In this document: positions 14,071-26,412 of the stretch, one piece after another
Layout: each line of letters begins with the position of its first letter
Numbering within the stretch: position 1 is the first letter of the stretch
Assembly: GCA_951406725.2 (NCBI GenBank)
Contig: OX597830.1
Coordinates: 16,926,001 to 16,990,000, forward strand
Direction: 5' to 3'
Origin: Octopus vulgaris
Taxonomy: Eukaryota
Length of the DNA stretch: 64,000 nucleotides
The notes under the pieces: model-generated
Seen by the model: the letters and a program-made list of their open reading frames with translations, nothing else
Told to the model about the DNA's origin: nothing
Database searches by the model: none
Program-made: the position numbers and the translations under genes

Positions 14071-15036
14071 TAATAAATTGACATGGACTATACCATTTCA
14101 GGTTATGAAACTCATCAATCCCATCCAGATATGCATCATATAAAAGGAAGCAGTTAATGTGCGCAACTCCTGACTACATGGTCACAGGTTCAGATCTTAT
14201 GTTCATCACATGGTAACCCTGAACAAGGCACACAACTATGACTGATCCAATTTACCTGACTAATACAAACAAAAACAGATTTCAATCTTATTTTCTGGTT
14301 GAGTGGTTAGCAGTGGGGGAGGACATGTGGATGCAGTATGGCCAAATGGTTAAGCAGTTTGTTTCGCAATCACAAGGTCGTGGTTTCAATCTTTACTTTG
14401 TGGTATTCTTGGGTAAGCTTTGTGAGTGAATCCTCAGCCACTTACAAGCTAATTTAATGAACAGGTGGTTCAGTCGGTCTGAATATTCATTGTAAAACCC
14501 AACAGAGATTCATTTATTTTTAATTAAGAAGGGCAGCGACTAGTAGAAACTAGTAATAAATTGACATGGACTATACCATTTCAGGTTATGAAACTCATCA
14601 ATCCCATCCAGATATGCATCATATAAAAGGAAGCAGTTAATGTGCGCAACTCCTGACTACATGGTCACAGGTTCAGATCTTATGTTCATCACATGGTAAC
14701 CCTGAACAAGGCACACAACTATGACTGATCCAATTTACCTGACTAATACAAACAAAAACAGATTTCAATCTTATTTTCTGGTTGAGTGGTTAGCAGTGGG
14801 GGAGGACATGTGGATGCAGTATGGCCAAATGGTTAAGCAGTTTGTTTCGCAATCACAAGGTCGTGGTTTCAATCTTTACTTTGTGGTATTCTTGGGTAAG
14901 CTTTGTGAGTGAATTCTCAGCCACTTACAAGCTAATTTAATGAACAGGTGGTTCAGTCGGTCTGAATATTCATTGTAAAACCCAACAGAGATTCATTTAT
15001 TTTTAATTAAGAAGGGCAGCGACTAGTAGAAACTAG
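14071..15036. repeat. Near-perfect 483-bp tandem duplication (14071-14553 / 14554-15036)
   Basis: Identical ORFs 483 bp apart in the track. Only one substitution noticed (GAATCCTC vs GAATTCTC). Confidence 0.95.
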
Positions 15037-15056
15037 TCGCTGCCCTTCTTAATTAA
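15003..15056. repeat. Perfect palindrome with 25-bp arms and a 4-nt loop
   Basis: TTAATTAAGAAGGGCAGCGACTAGT-AGAA-ACTAGTCGCTGCCCTTCTTAATTAA. Confidence 0.97.
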
Positions 15057-15428
15057 TTAGCAAGCCAGACAAAAATGCTTAGTGACATTTTTTCCAGCTC
15101 TTTACATTTTTAAGTTCAAATTCCACCAAGGTTGTCTTTGCCTTTTATCATTTCAATAAGTACTAGTTCAGTACTGCAGTCAACCTCTCCCATCCTTTCA
15201 AAAGTGCTGACCTTGTACTAACATTAGAAAGAATTCAGGACATAGAGATATAAAAACAACAAACAAACCCACTTCATCAAGCATGGAAAATTGAAGTAAA
15301 ACAGCGAAAAAGACATAAAAACAAAATGACTCTCCCCAGACACAACAGGAAGTGAAAAATGCCTTTTTAAGAAAACACAGAGCACTTACAAAATATTTTG
15401 AACTTCGTCAACGAAGTCAAATACTTAC

Positions 15429-15673
15429 TGTTTCTTTGAACATTGTGCCTCTTTTAATTTCTCTACAAACTCTGGGAATGACATCTGCATCTGAATTGTA
15501 GGTGAGACAAAATCTTTCTGTTGTGGAATTTTTCTTGCTTCATAATATTTGAAATAATAATTGTCTGATTGATAGACTGTGAATTGTGTGTTAGCCATGT
15601 TGTCTGACAAATAATCTAAGTTCCAATGAAGAGCAGAGTCTACAAGACCAGACCCCGTTAAGACAACTGGTTG
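15429..15673 (-). CDS. HIF1AN: HIF1AN coding exon 2 (QPVVLTGSGLVDSALHWNLDYLSDNMANTQFTVY...MSFPEFVEKLKEAQCSKK)
   Basis: Pyrimidine tract plus CAG acceptor, 245 nt, donor GTAAGT (phase 2). Matches FIH [22 protein letters not shown]...MKFHEFVEKL. Confidence 0.95.
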
Positions 15674-16400
15674 CTGGAGAGAAAAAAAAGAAAGGACAAA
15701 ATCAGAAATTAATTCAGTTGGTCAATTCCAATTTCTTTAAAAATATTTTTTAAAATTTAAATTATTTTGTTACTGAGCACAACCTTAATTTTGTAGTAGA
15801 CAAGAAATTCGAAATTGTGACATTTATGCTTTTCACATGGAATATCATAGGGTAAGTGAGATGAAATTGGTTTGACAAAGAATTGAACCTGCATTGTGGG
15901 TTTTACTTTCAAGAGACCGACTTCTTGGTTTGCAACAATTGCCACAATTTCTCTAAAATAATCAGCTTATAAATATTGATGTGTGTGCTTCCAGAATTAG
16001 GACATGCTCATTGCCTGAAACATTTCCAAAAATATAATCTTCTATTGGAAGTGTGTCAAGGGGAAGTTAGTCAATCTCTCTCTTCCCCTAACTCTTTCCC
16101 TGTCTTCTCCTAACTTTTTCCCTTTCTCCAAGTACAATTTGCCTAAGGTCAAACACACACACATACAAAGTGCAATAAATATCTAATCATGAATCTCAAA
16201 CTGAAGTTGTACTGGTTAGCTCACTAGAACCTACAACCAGTGTTCAGTACTACACAGCTGAAGGAAGGCTTAAGAAATTCACTTGCCAATCACAACATAA
16301 CTAGGTTCAATCCCAGTGTGCATTGCCTTGGGCCAAGTGTCATCTACCAGCAGCCTCAGGTCAAACAAAGCCTTATGACTGAAATTAGATAAATAACTGT

Positions 16401-16812
16401 GAATCTTTTCGGTTTGAACGGCAGTTTTTAACATAATTTCTAGGTAACTAAACACTTTTAAACTTCGTATACTGGTAGAATGTGTTTTATAAAACACCTT
16501 TTTCTCTCGGCTTTATTGAGAAAATTCTATAGTTTGTAAGATATTTGTTGATTTTTTTCTTCAATTTCTGCAATTTCAACCAATCACTGACGTCTATTGA
16601 GGTAAAAAACATTCTGTGCCGTATGAATATGTCCCTCGTTTAAGAAACAGATTGGGTTTATTTACATTTGTGAAGAAAAAAAGATACCCTTCCCCCACCC
16701 CTATCCCTATAAACAGATTGAAATGCAATAGATCGATACTAGGGTCATAATTATGGGTGACAATTTCATATGACACCGCTAGAAAAAACTGTCATTCAAA
16801 CCGAAAAGATCC
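16401..16812. mobile_element. MITE family 1 (Merlin-like, about 420 bp)
   Basis: TIR GGATCTTTTCGGTTTGAACGGCAGTTTTT shared with the other copies. Confidence 0.9.
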
Positions 16813-17514
16813 GAAGCTGTTCAGAAATCAGTTGGATTGATTTTGTGGTAAGAAGCTTGCTTCCCCTGCATGCATTGGTCTATTTGTTGTGTTGATTTTT
16901 GATGAGTTGGACAGAATTTTTTGTGTTGCTTGGCAGCAGGTGTTATACTGGTAGAGACAATGTATTCAGACCTTAGCGAGTATGAGCTGTCCTCAGCAGA
17001 GGAGGAGCTCGTTAAGGTGGTAAATAGAATGGACGAGCATTAGACAGGGGATCACTCGGCTCGTCCGCCAATGAAGAGCACGGCTATCCGCGTGAAAAAA
17101 AAAAAAGGCAGTGGACTGGCAGAAATGTTAGCACACCGGGCGAAATGCTTAACGGTATTTCATCTGCTGTGACATTCAGAGTTCAAATTTCGCCGAGGTC
17201 GACTTTACCTTTCATCTTTTCGGGGTCAATAAATTAAGTACCAGTTACGCACTGGGGCCGATGTAATTGACTTAATCCCTTAGTCTGTCATTGTTTGTCC
17301 CCTCTATGTTTAGCTGGTAATAAACCAGCCAACAAGTGAGCCACTATGCTATCAGCAGACCTGTAAGAAATAGCAGCACTGATGCTGGTGCCACATAGAA
17401 CGCACGCAGTACACTCTGTGGAGTGGTTGGTGTTAGGAAGGGCATCCAGCCATTGAAACCATGCCAGAACGGACAATGGAGCCTGCAGCAACATATCTAC
17501 CACAGCGATATTTC

Positions 17515-17902
17515 GCGCTGGGCGAAATGCTTAGCGGTATTTCGTCTGTCGTTACATTCTGAGCTCAAATTCCGCCGAGGTCGACTTTGCCTTTCATCTT
17601 TTCGGGGTCGATTAAATAAGTACCAGTTATGCACTGGGGTCGATGTAATCGACTTAATCCCTTTGTCTGTCCTTGTTTGTCCTCTCTATGTTTAGCCCCT
17701 TATGGGTAGTAAAGAAATAGGTATTTCGTCTGCCGATATTTTCTGAGTTCAAATTCCACCGAGGTCGACTTTGCTTTTCATCCTTTCAGAGTCGATTAAA
17801 TAAGTACCAGTTTCACACTGGTGTCGATGTAATCGACTTAATCCCTTTGTCTGTCCTTGTTTGTCCCCTCTATGTTTGTCCCCTTGTGAGCAATAAAGAA
17901 AT
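17515..17902 (+). mobile_element. SINE family B dimer (single or partial copies also at 17107-17315, 22967-23162, 27080-27308, 40935-41110, 59331-59560)
   Basis: Two family B units joined at AAAGAAATAG|GTATTTCGTC. Confidence 0.85.
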
Positions 17903-19540
17903 ATATTATTGTACTTAGAGACAGGGAAAGGCTGGCAACAGGAAGAGCAACTGGCCATAGAAAATTTGCTCCAATAAACTCAGCCCAGGCCATACAAGCA
18001 TGGAAAAACAAATGTTAAAGCAATGCTGTTGATAATGATGATAATGTTACACTATGGAGCAGAGGACCATTGTTTGTTTTCTCCAGAAATGGAGATGGTT
18101 TGAGTGTGAAGCTAGTAACCTCATCACAAAAGAAAAATTAATATGCTACAAAAACCATTTCACCAATGGCTAGATCAATGTGTAAGACATCAAGCACTGG
18201 CTAGGAATAAAGAAGAATGTAGTTTGAGAGAGATTTGGCTCCTCTTTCTATCTGGCAGGTCATGCAACTGCAGATTTCTGCTGATGAAGAGCTGCTATAT
18301 ATATATATGCACTGATTGAAAGTGCTAACATCTGGATGGAGGTTAAAAATAATATAAATCTCAAAGACAAAAAAAGTCTGATAGGAATAATAGGAACAAG
18401 ATAAGAAAAATGAAAAAAAAAAAGGGTTGGAGTAATTGAGATAAATGACTCAAGAATTTCAAAGACTGATCTTGTAAACAAGTTGTTAGCAAGTTTCAAG
18501 ATGAAGCCATTTCTACAAGTCTCTTCCATTACTCACCCATGTGGGCAGTGAAATTCTTTAGGAAACAGCATAAACAAAACAGACCATAAGAAAAAAAAAT
18601 AGTTCTGAAAACTAAGATTAGTTGCTGAATTTACCCCCAAACAGAAGTTCGGTATAGAGAAAAATAAAAACAAAAAAAAAACAACTATATATATTAAAAG
18701 GTTTGTGTTTCCTTGGTTAGAGTTTGTATAACTAAAATAGATGTGGAGAAAAATGAAGAACTGGAATAAAAGTAGGTCAGAAATATTAGGTTGGCAACTC
18801 ATAATGAATGAGATAAAAATTTATAATGAACCAAGGAATCTGTAATTTAATACTCTCTCTCTCTCTCTCTTTTTACTCTTTTACTTGTTTCAGTCATTTG
18901 ACTGCGGCCATGCTGGAGCACCGCCTTTAGTCGAGCAAATCGACCCCGGGACTTATTCTTTGTAAGCCCAGTACTTATTCTATCGGTCTCTTTTTTGCCG
19001 AACCGCTAAGTATCGGGGACGTAAACACACCAGCATCGGTTGTCAAGTAATGCTAGGGGGACAAACACAGACACACAAACATACACACACATACATATAT
19101 ACGACAGGCTTCTTTCAGTTTCCGTCTACCAAATCCACTCACAAGGCATTGGTCGGCCCGGGGCTATAGCAGAAGACACTCGCCCAAGATGCCACGCAGT
19201 GGGACTGAACCCGGAACCATGTGGTTGGTTAGCAAGCTATTTACCACATAGCCACTCCTGCGCCTAATAGTGAACTTTCATAAAACAACCGAAGTGCCAT
19301 GTGTCTGTGATGGATAAATAAGGTTCTGACATTTTCAGACTACCAGGATGAACACACACACACACACACACACACATTTGAAAGAGTTTGAGTTAACATA
19401 GCTTGCTTCTCAGTCACATGGTGTTCCAGGTTCAGTCCCACTGCATGCCACTTTGGACAAATGACTTCTACTAAAGTCTCAAACTGACCAAAGCCTTCTG
19501 AGTGGATTTGGTAGACCGAAGCTGAAAGAAGCCTGTTGTA

Positions 19541-19583
<43 letters not shown>

Positions 19584-19585
<2 letters not shown>

Positions 19586-19984
19586 CTAGCAGTATCGCCT
19601 GGCGTTGCTCGGGTTTGTAAGGGAAATAACTATATAAGCATTTTTTAGAGAGTTATAGCCAAAAAATAGCAAAAAAATGCATTAAAAATGGGGAAAAAAT
19701 GATGGTAAATTTTTTTTTAAATCGTTGACTCATTGTAGTCATTTTTAGAGAGTTACTTCCCTTATATAATAGCGAAAAAATGCATTAAAATGGAAAAAAA
19801 TGATGGTAAATTTTTTTTAAATCGTAGACTCATCGTAGACGCGCGCTAATACCCATAAGGGCTCGATATGAATCACAACTATAAGATACCCGGTTTTGGT
19901 TAAACTGCACCGCAAAATGTGCGAGTAGTTAGGAATCTAAATCGTAGGAGACAGACACACAACTTGACTTTTATATATAAAGAT
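19584..19984 (+). mobile_element. Helentron/HINE-like element inserted in the (TA)n of a SINE A copy
   Basis: Starts TACTAGCAGTATCGCCTGGCGTTGCTCGGG and ends TTTTATATATAAAGAT. Second copy at 55639-56038. Confidence 0.7.
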
Positions 19985-20594
19985 ATAGTGTGTCCGTGTC
20001 CCACCACCATTTGACAACCAATGTTGCTGTGTTTACATCCCCATAACTAAGCGGTTCAGCAAAAGAGCCCAATAGAATAAGTACCAGGCTTAAAAAATAA
20101 GTCCTGTGGTCGATTAGTTCAACTTAAGCCCTTCAAAGCATTGCCCCAGCAAAGCCACAGTCATATGACTGAAACATGTACATATATATATATATTATAT
20201 TAAATTAGAGATAAAACCACTATTAGGCAAATCAAACAGTGAAAATCATAAGCCAATACATAGAAATAAAATTAATTAAAAAATATAAAAAATATAAAAT
20301 ATAAAAATCCAATTAAAATATTTAAATTAAAGTTAAAATTTTTAAAAATTATTTAAATTAATTTAAACTTATAAATTATAAATATATATATATATTTTTA
20401 TTATTATTTTATTTAATTATTTTTTTATTTATATTTTTTATTTTTTATATTTATTTTTTTTTTTATACTATCAAAAAGTATTAAAAGTTTAATATAAGAT
20501 AACTGTTGACGAAGTGTGAAGAAGGAAGTCACATTGAAAAAAGAATAAAAAGAAATATATAAAAATTAGAAAAAAGAATGAGGAAAAAAAAATA

Positions 20595-20719
20595 TATATA
20601 TATATCATCATCATCATTTAGCGTCCGTTTTCCATGCTAGCATGGGTTATATATATATATATAAAGAGAGAGAGAGAGAGAGGGAGGGAGAGAGAGAGGG
20701 AGAGAGAGGGGGAGAGAGA

Positions 20720-20763
<44 letters not shown>

Positions 20764-20854
20764 GGGAGAGAGAGAGGGAGAGAGAGAGGGAGAGAGAGAC
20801 GAATATAGATAGATAGATGGTTAGATAGACAAACATATATATATAGATAGACAA

Positions 20855-20901
<47 letters not shown>

Positions 20902-20920
20902 TAACACACACACACACAGA
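20595..20920. repeat. Compound microsatellite (TA)n/(GA)n/(GATA)n with a short RTE-type 3' tail (CAT)n fragment
   Basis: Read directly. Explains the low-complexity ORFs here. Confidence 0.9.
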
Positions 20921-21329
20921 GAGGCGAAGAAAGAGAGACATACAGACAGAGGAATGGAGAGATAGGTTATAGAAATGAATTGTGTTTTCGATAGTGGAAA
21001 TATTTTCGGGGGAGGAGGCCATGTTACAGACATAGAATTCTGAAGTGAGATTAGAAACGACATGATATTGACAGACGATAAAAGAAAGAAAGAAAAACAT
21101 GATTAAGGAACGTTCTCTGTCTATTTATAGACCATATTTGCTAATCTACCCTCTTTGCCCGCAAACCCCCATTACTTTCTTTCCCTACTCCAAACTTCCA
21201 TAAACTTAATATATATATCTGCGGCAATTCTTTTACTGAAACCAGCACGTGACTAACTTCAACACCTTCTTTCTTCAACGCCGACACCTTTATAATCTCA
21301 GGTGTTCTTCGTAGAACCAAGATAAAAGG

Positions 21330-21800
21330 GAAAGGCGGAGGGGGAGAGGGGAAGGGGAGGAGGGAGAAGAAGACAACGCGAACACTGCGAGGGGGGAAAG
21401 TGAGGGAGAAGGTGGGGAGGAGGGGAGTAGGTACAGAGAAAGAGAGGACGGCGGTGGGGGGAGGGGGGAAAAGAAGACAACGCGAACACTGCGAGGGGGA
21501 AAATGAGAAGGTGGGGGGAGGGAGTAGGTACAGAGAAAGAGAGGACGGTGGGGGGGGGAGAAGACAACACGAACGCTGCGAGGGGAAAGTGAGGGAGAAG
21601 GTGGGGGGGAGGGAGTAGGTACAGAGAAAGAGAGGACGGCGACGGCGGCGGAGGGAGGGGGGAGAATACAAGACAAAGTGAGACTAGGAAGAAAGAAAGA
21701 AAACGGAAAGAAAAAAGGAGGGGGGGAAGGTCGTCTGGTGGAGGGGGAGGGGGGAGAAACAGAAGGAATGAGGGGGGAGAGGGAGAGGAGGGACGGGGGA
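21330..21800. repeat. G/purine-rich tandem repeat, 3 units of about 87-104 bp
   Basis: AGAAGACAACGCGAACACTGCGAGGGG...GGGAGTAGGTACAGAGAAAGAGAGGACGG recurs at about 21368, 21472 and 21559. Confidence 0.85.
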
Positions 21801-21870
21801 GAAGGCAAAGTATAAATAAATAAAAAGTCAAGAAACTGCGCTTCACGAGAAAAAAAAAAGTTCAGCTCAC

Positions 21871-22020
21871 CGATTGCCAACAAGATGTGTGTCTTTAGTC
21901 ACGTAGACAATTTTTCGTTTTACAGCTGTTTGTAAAACAAACCGTCGAAACAGGATTTCCCTTTTTTGAATTAACAATTTCTGCTCGGCTTAAGCGACAC
22001 AACATATCTCTCTACCACGT
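21871..22020 (-). promoter_or_regulatory. Candidate alternative first exon or internal promoter in HIF1AN intron 1
   Basis: Donor-like CG|GTGAGC at 21870 in unique CpG-containing sequence. Located where CpG content appears to change. Confidence 0.3.
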
Positions 22021-22205
22021 TTATAAATAAATAAGTGTGTGTGTGTGTCTGTGTGTGTGTGTGTTATGATTTCGAATCTACTTTTTTTAGAATTCAATAA
22101 AATGTTCTATTGTAATTCGGTAAAATAATACCCAAAATTAACGGTATGTGTGTGTGTGTTAACATATATGTGGGTGCGTTTATTTATATATACATATATA
22201 TACAT

Positions 22206-22393
22206 ATCATCATCATCATCATCATCATTTAAAGTCCGTTTTCCATGCTAGCATGGGTTGGTTGGACGGTTCGACTGGGGATCTGGGAAGCCAGGAGGCT
22301 GCACCAGGTTCCAGTCTGATCTGGCAGTGTTTCTACGGCTGGATGCCCTTCCTAACGCCAACCACTCCGTGAGTGTAGTGAGTGCTTTTTACG
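22206..22393 (-). mobile_element. RTE-type LINE/SINE 3' end with (ATG)n tail (also 43370-43632 and short stubs at 20604 and 55228)
   Basis: (CAT)n-TTAACGTCCGTTTTCCATGCTAGCATGGGTTGG...GGATGCCCTTCCTAACGCCAACCACTCC repeated in the window. Confidence 0.7.
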
Positions 22394-22525
22394 TAAATAT
22401 ACATATTTATACATATATATACATATTTATACATACATATATATATACATATTTATACATACATATATACATACATATATATACATATACATATACATAC
22501 ATATACATACATATATATACATATT

Positions 22526-22559
<34 letters not shown>

Positions 22560-23189
22560 TACATATATATATATATATATATATATATGTTACTTGTTTC
22601 AGTCATTTGAGTGAGGCCATGCAACAGCATCGCCTTAAAGGGTTTTTTTTTTTTTTGTAGTCGAAGAAATCGACCCCCAGAACTTATTCTTTGTAAACCT
22701 AATACTTATTGTATTGGATCCCTGTGCCGAACCACTAAGTTACGGAAATATAGACACAGTAGCATCGGTTGTCAAGCGACGGCGGTGAAGACAAACACAG
22801 ACACACATACATACATACGACGGGCTTCTTTCAGTTGCCATCTACCAAATCCACCAGCAAGGCTTTGGTCGGCCGTGCCACGCAGTGGGACTGAACCCAG
22901 GACCATGTGATTGAGAAGCAAGCAGCCACGCCCTATATCCATACATACATTATATATATATAGTGAGGGCGCTGGCAGAACCGTTAGCATGCCGGGCGAA
23001 ATGCGTAGACGTATTTCGTCTGCCGTTACGTTCTGAGTTCAAATTCCGCCGAGGTCGACTTTGCCTTTCATCCTTTCGGGGTCGATAAATTAAGTACCAG
23101 TTACGCACTGGGGTCGATATAATCGACTTAATCCGTTTGTCTGTCGTCTCAGCTGTTTAGCCTCGTCGTCGTAACCGGCGGATCTATAT

Positions 23190-23233
<44 letters not shown>

Positions 23234-23238
<5 letters not shown>

Positions 23239-23318
23239 AAGGTAAAGAATACGTACACCCGGTATTTTGGATTAGGGTTCGCCAAAAACGGATGGTGTGC
23301 GTATTCTTTACCTCCCGC
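23234..23318. other. 85-nt fold-back hairpin between (TA)n tracts (mini-MITE or pre-miRNA-like)
   Basis: AGGTAAAGAATACGTACACC pairs with GGTGTGCGTATTCTTTACCT. Inner TTTTGG/CCAAAA stem with an 11-nt loop. Confidence 0.7.
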
Positions 23319-25337
23319 TATATACACATATATATATATATATATACACACACATACATCGTGTTTCTACGTTAATTTCCAATCTGATTGCTATTCTACG
23401 TGCCTCATTTTGTTTTTACATTTTCTTCCATTAGGGGTCGATAAAATAAGCATCAGCTGAATACAGGGTCGACTTATTCCCTAACTGAAATGGCCGACCA
23501 TGTGTCAAAAAAAAAAAAAAAATAATATTATTATTATTATTTGGCAGTGTCGTTAGCACGCGGTACTTAGCTCGTTCTAAAGTTCTGAGTTCAAATTTCG
23601 CCGAAGTCGACTCTGCCTTTCATCCTTTAGGGGTACTTATTTTAAGTACCTACTGAACACTGGGGTCGGTGTAATCGACTAAACCCCTTCCCAAAATTTC
23701 AGGCTTTGTTCCTATAGTAGAAAGGATTATTATTAATTATTATTATTATTATTAATTATTATTTATTATTATTATTATTATTATTAATTATTATTTATTA
23801 TTATTATTATTATTGTTGTTGTTGGACTGAATTTCTGAGTTAAAATCCCGCTGCAATCAAATTTGCCTTTTTTTTCTTCTTTTTAAACAATAAAAATAAA
23901 AACTGAAGGGTATTTGACTGCTACATCTAGCAGGACAACTGGCTACATGGAGACGCCCTCGTTGGTTAATGGGATGTTATCGATTAGCTTTTATGTGCTC
24001 TTATCGTGATTCTCCCTCATCCCACTGTGTATTTCATCAGACAGTACATATCTAGCACTAAATTATCCAATATGACCTATTTTAAAGATAGTAGGATGTA
24101 ATTTAAAGGCGATCTGGCTGCTATTTCCAGCAAGTCGAACAACCGCGTTGTAGCCAACTGCAGTGGTCTGCACGGAAGGGCAGTGGGCAATAGAATTGGT
24201 CATAACGGACGGACAAAATAACTTGCGTTTCAATATTTAATTTAGTTACATCTGTTACCAAGTTCAAATTACAGCAGGGAAGATTTTACCTTTCATGCAT
24301 CGAGGAACGTTAAAAATAAATATCACTTGATCGAATCGCCCATACCCGTGATTCTCAACTGGGGTTCATATAAGATTTTGAAAGATCTACGCAAGCGAAA
24401 TAGTAAACTGGGACCACTCTAATCTTTTAAGGGTCCATGAAAAAATTTTGCTATTGCAAGAAACAGCTAGGTTTCGTTCTCCCACGGTTTACATAATTCA
24501 ACCGACACCAGTGAATGTATGACGAACAAAATAGGAAATTTGAAAGGCATATCTATGAAACTGGTTTTTAAGCATCAAATGGTTGTGGGAGTCCACCAGA
24601 ATAAAAGAGTAATGAAAGGGGTTCACAGATTAAAAAATAAAATGGTCACGAAACACTGCTCTATACTAACATCCAAAATATGTGGCTTTGAGCAGTAGCC
24701 AGGGCGGAAGAGGCAGGCTGCTCCGAGCGACGATTTTAAGAGGACAGCACATTTGGGTCTGCTGTAAAATACTGCACAGGTTTGGGGCTCAGTGATGGGA
24801 GGGGCAACCCCCTTTGCCTTGAGTTCAAATTCCGTGCTAGTTGATAAAACAGGTACTATTTTGGGAGTGATTCGATATTATCGAGTCCCCACTCCAGAAT
24901 TTCCTACCTTGTGTACACGCAAGAAAATATGTCAGAAATTTGTCGAGTATCAGACACAATATCAAGATATTGTTCCCGCTCTTTACGTTTCCAGTCCAAA
25001 CCCTTTCCCCCACAACATTCTTTCATTCAAACTTCTTTAAGTCATTTTCTTTGGCAATTCTCCGCCGTTTTCTTCGCTGCCGCCGCAGCCGACACATTTT
25101 TTCAGGTGTTATCGATAGAACAAGACGGAAACAGAGGAGACAACACGTGCACAGCGAGTGAACGAGAGGGGGGGAACAGAAAGGGAGGGATTTCGATATA
25201 TTAAACTACGTACCAGTCAAGCAAGTACTAGAGTTGATTAAATTGACTTGCACCTCCCGTCTCCAGTTTTGCTGGTCTTGTATGTAAATCGCAAATAATT
25301 ATAATCATATGTACGTGTAGACCGTAGAATAGAGCTG

Positions 25338-25753
25338 GGATCTTTTCGGTTTGAACGGCAGTTTTTAACATAATTTCCACGTAACTAAACACTTTTAAAC
25401 TTCGTATACTGGTAGAATGTGTTTATAAAACATCTTTTTCTCTTGTCTTTATTGAGAAAAGTCTATAGTTTGTAAGATATTTGTTGTTGTTTTTTCTTCA
25501 ATTTCTGCAATTTCAACCAATCAATGACGTCTATTGAGGTGAAAACATTCTGTGCCGTATGAATATGTCCCTCGTTTAAGAAACAGTTTGGGTTTATTTA
25601 CATTTGTGAAGAAAAAAAGATACCTTTCCCCCACCCATAACCCTAACCCTAAAACAGATTGAAATGCAATAGATCGATACTAGGGTCATAATTATGGGTG
25701 ACAATTTCATATGACACCGCTAGAAAATACGGCCGTTCAAACCGAAAAGATCC
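25338..25753. mobile_element. MITE family 1
   Basis: Both TIRs present; internal CCCTAA repeats. Confidence 0.9.
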
Positions 25754-25996
25754 CAAGTAATTATAATTATAATCGTATGTACATGTAGACCTTGGAATAC
25801 AGCTGGGAGAGAGAATGTCCTTGACAGTAAACACCGTCTTGAATGCATTATAAGGCCATCTGGTAAGGCAATGTACTCAAGTCTGCTGTATTTATTTATT
25901 GACAGTAAACCAAAACAAACGCAGAATAGCATTGAATTTCTAGACACATGGGATCCTCGGGCAGCAACTCAATGTACCCATGCTTTAAATAGGAAA

Positions 25997-26412
25997 GGAG
26001 AGCTGGCAGAAACGTTAGCACGCCGGGCGAAATGTGTAGCCGTATTTCGTCTGCCGTTACATTCTGGGTTCAAAAATCCGCCGAGGTCGACTTTACCTTT
26101 TATCCTTTCGGGGTCGATAAATTAAGTACCAGTTACGCACTGGGGTCGATGTAATCGACTTAATCCGTTTGTCTGTCCTTGTTTGTCCCCTCTGTGTTTA
26201 GCCCCTTGTAGGTAGTAAAGAAATAGGTATTTCGTCTGCCGTTACGTTCTAAGTTCAAATTCCGCCGAGGTCGACTTTGCCTTTCATCCTTTCGGGGGTC
26301 GATAAATTAAGTACCAGTTACGCACTGGGGTCGATGTAATCGACTTAATCCCTTTGTCTGTGCTTGTTTGTCCCCTCTGTGTTTAGCCCCTTGTGGGTAG
26401 TAAAGAAATATA
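25997..26412 (+). mobile_element. SINE family B dimer with about 15-bp TSD
   Basis: TTTAAATAGGAAAGG at 25984-25998 and 26413-26427. Confidence 0.9.

Noticed and set aside
18537-18555. Possible micro-exon with donor ATGG|GTGAGT in intron 1
   Set aside because: Weak AAG acceptor, ATG out of frame with exon 2, and no homology support.
20618-21883. Long ORFs of 160-197 aa
   Set aside because: Translations of (GA)n/(GATA)n and G-rich tandem repeats, open in several frames at once.
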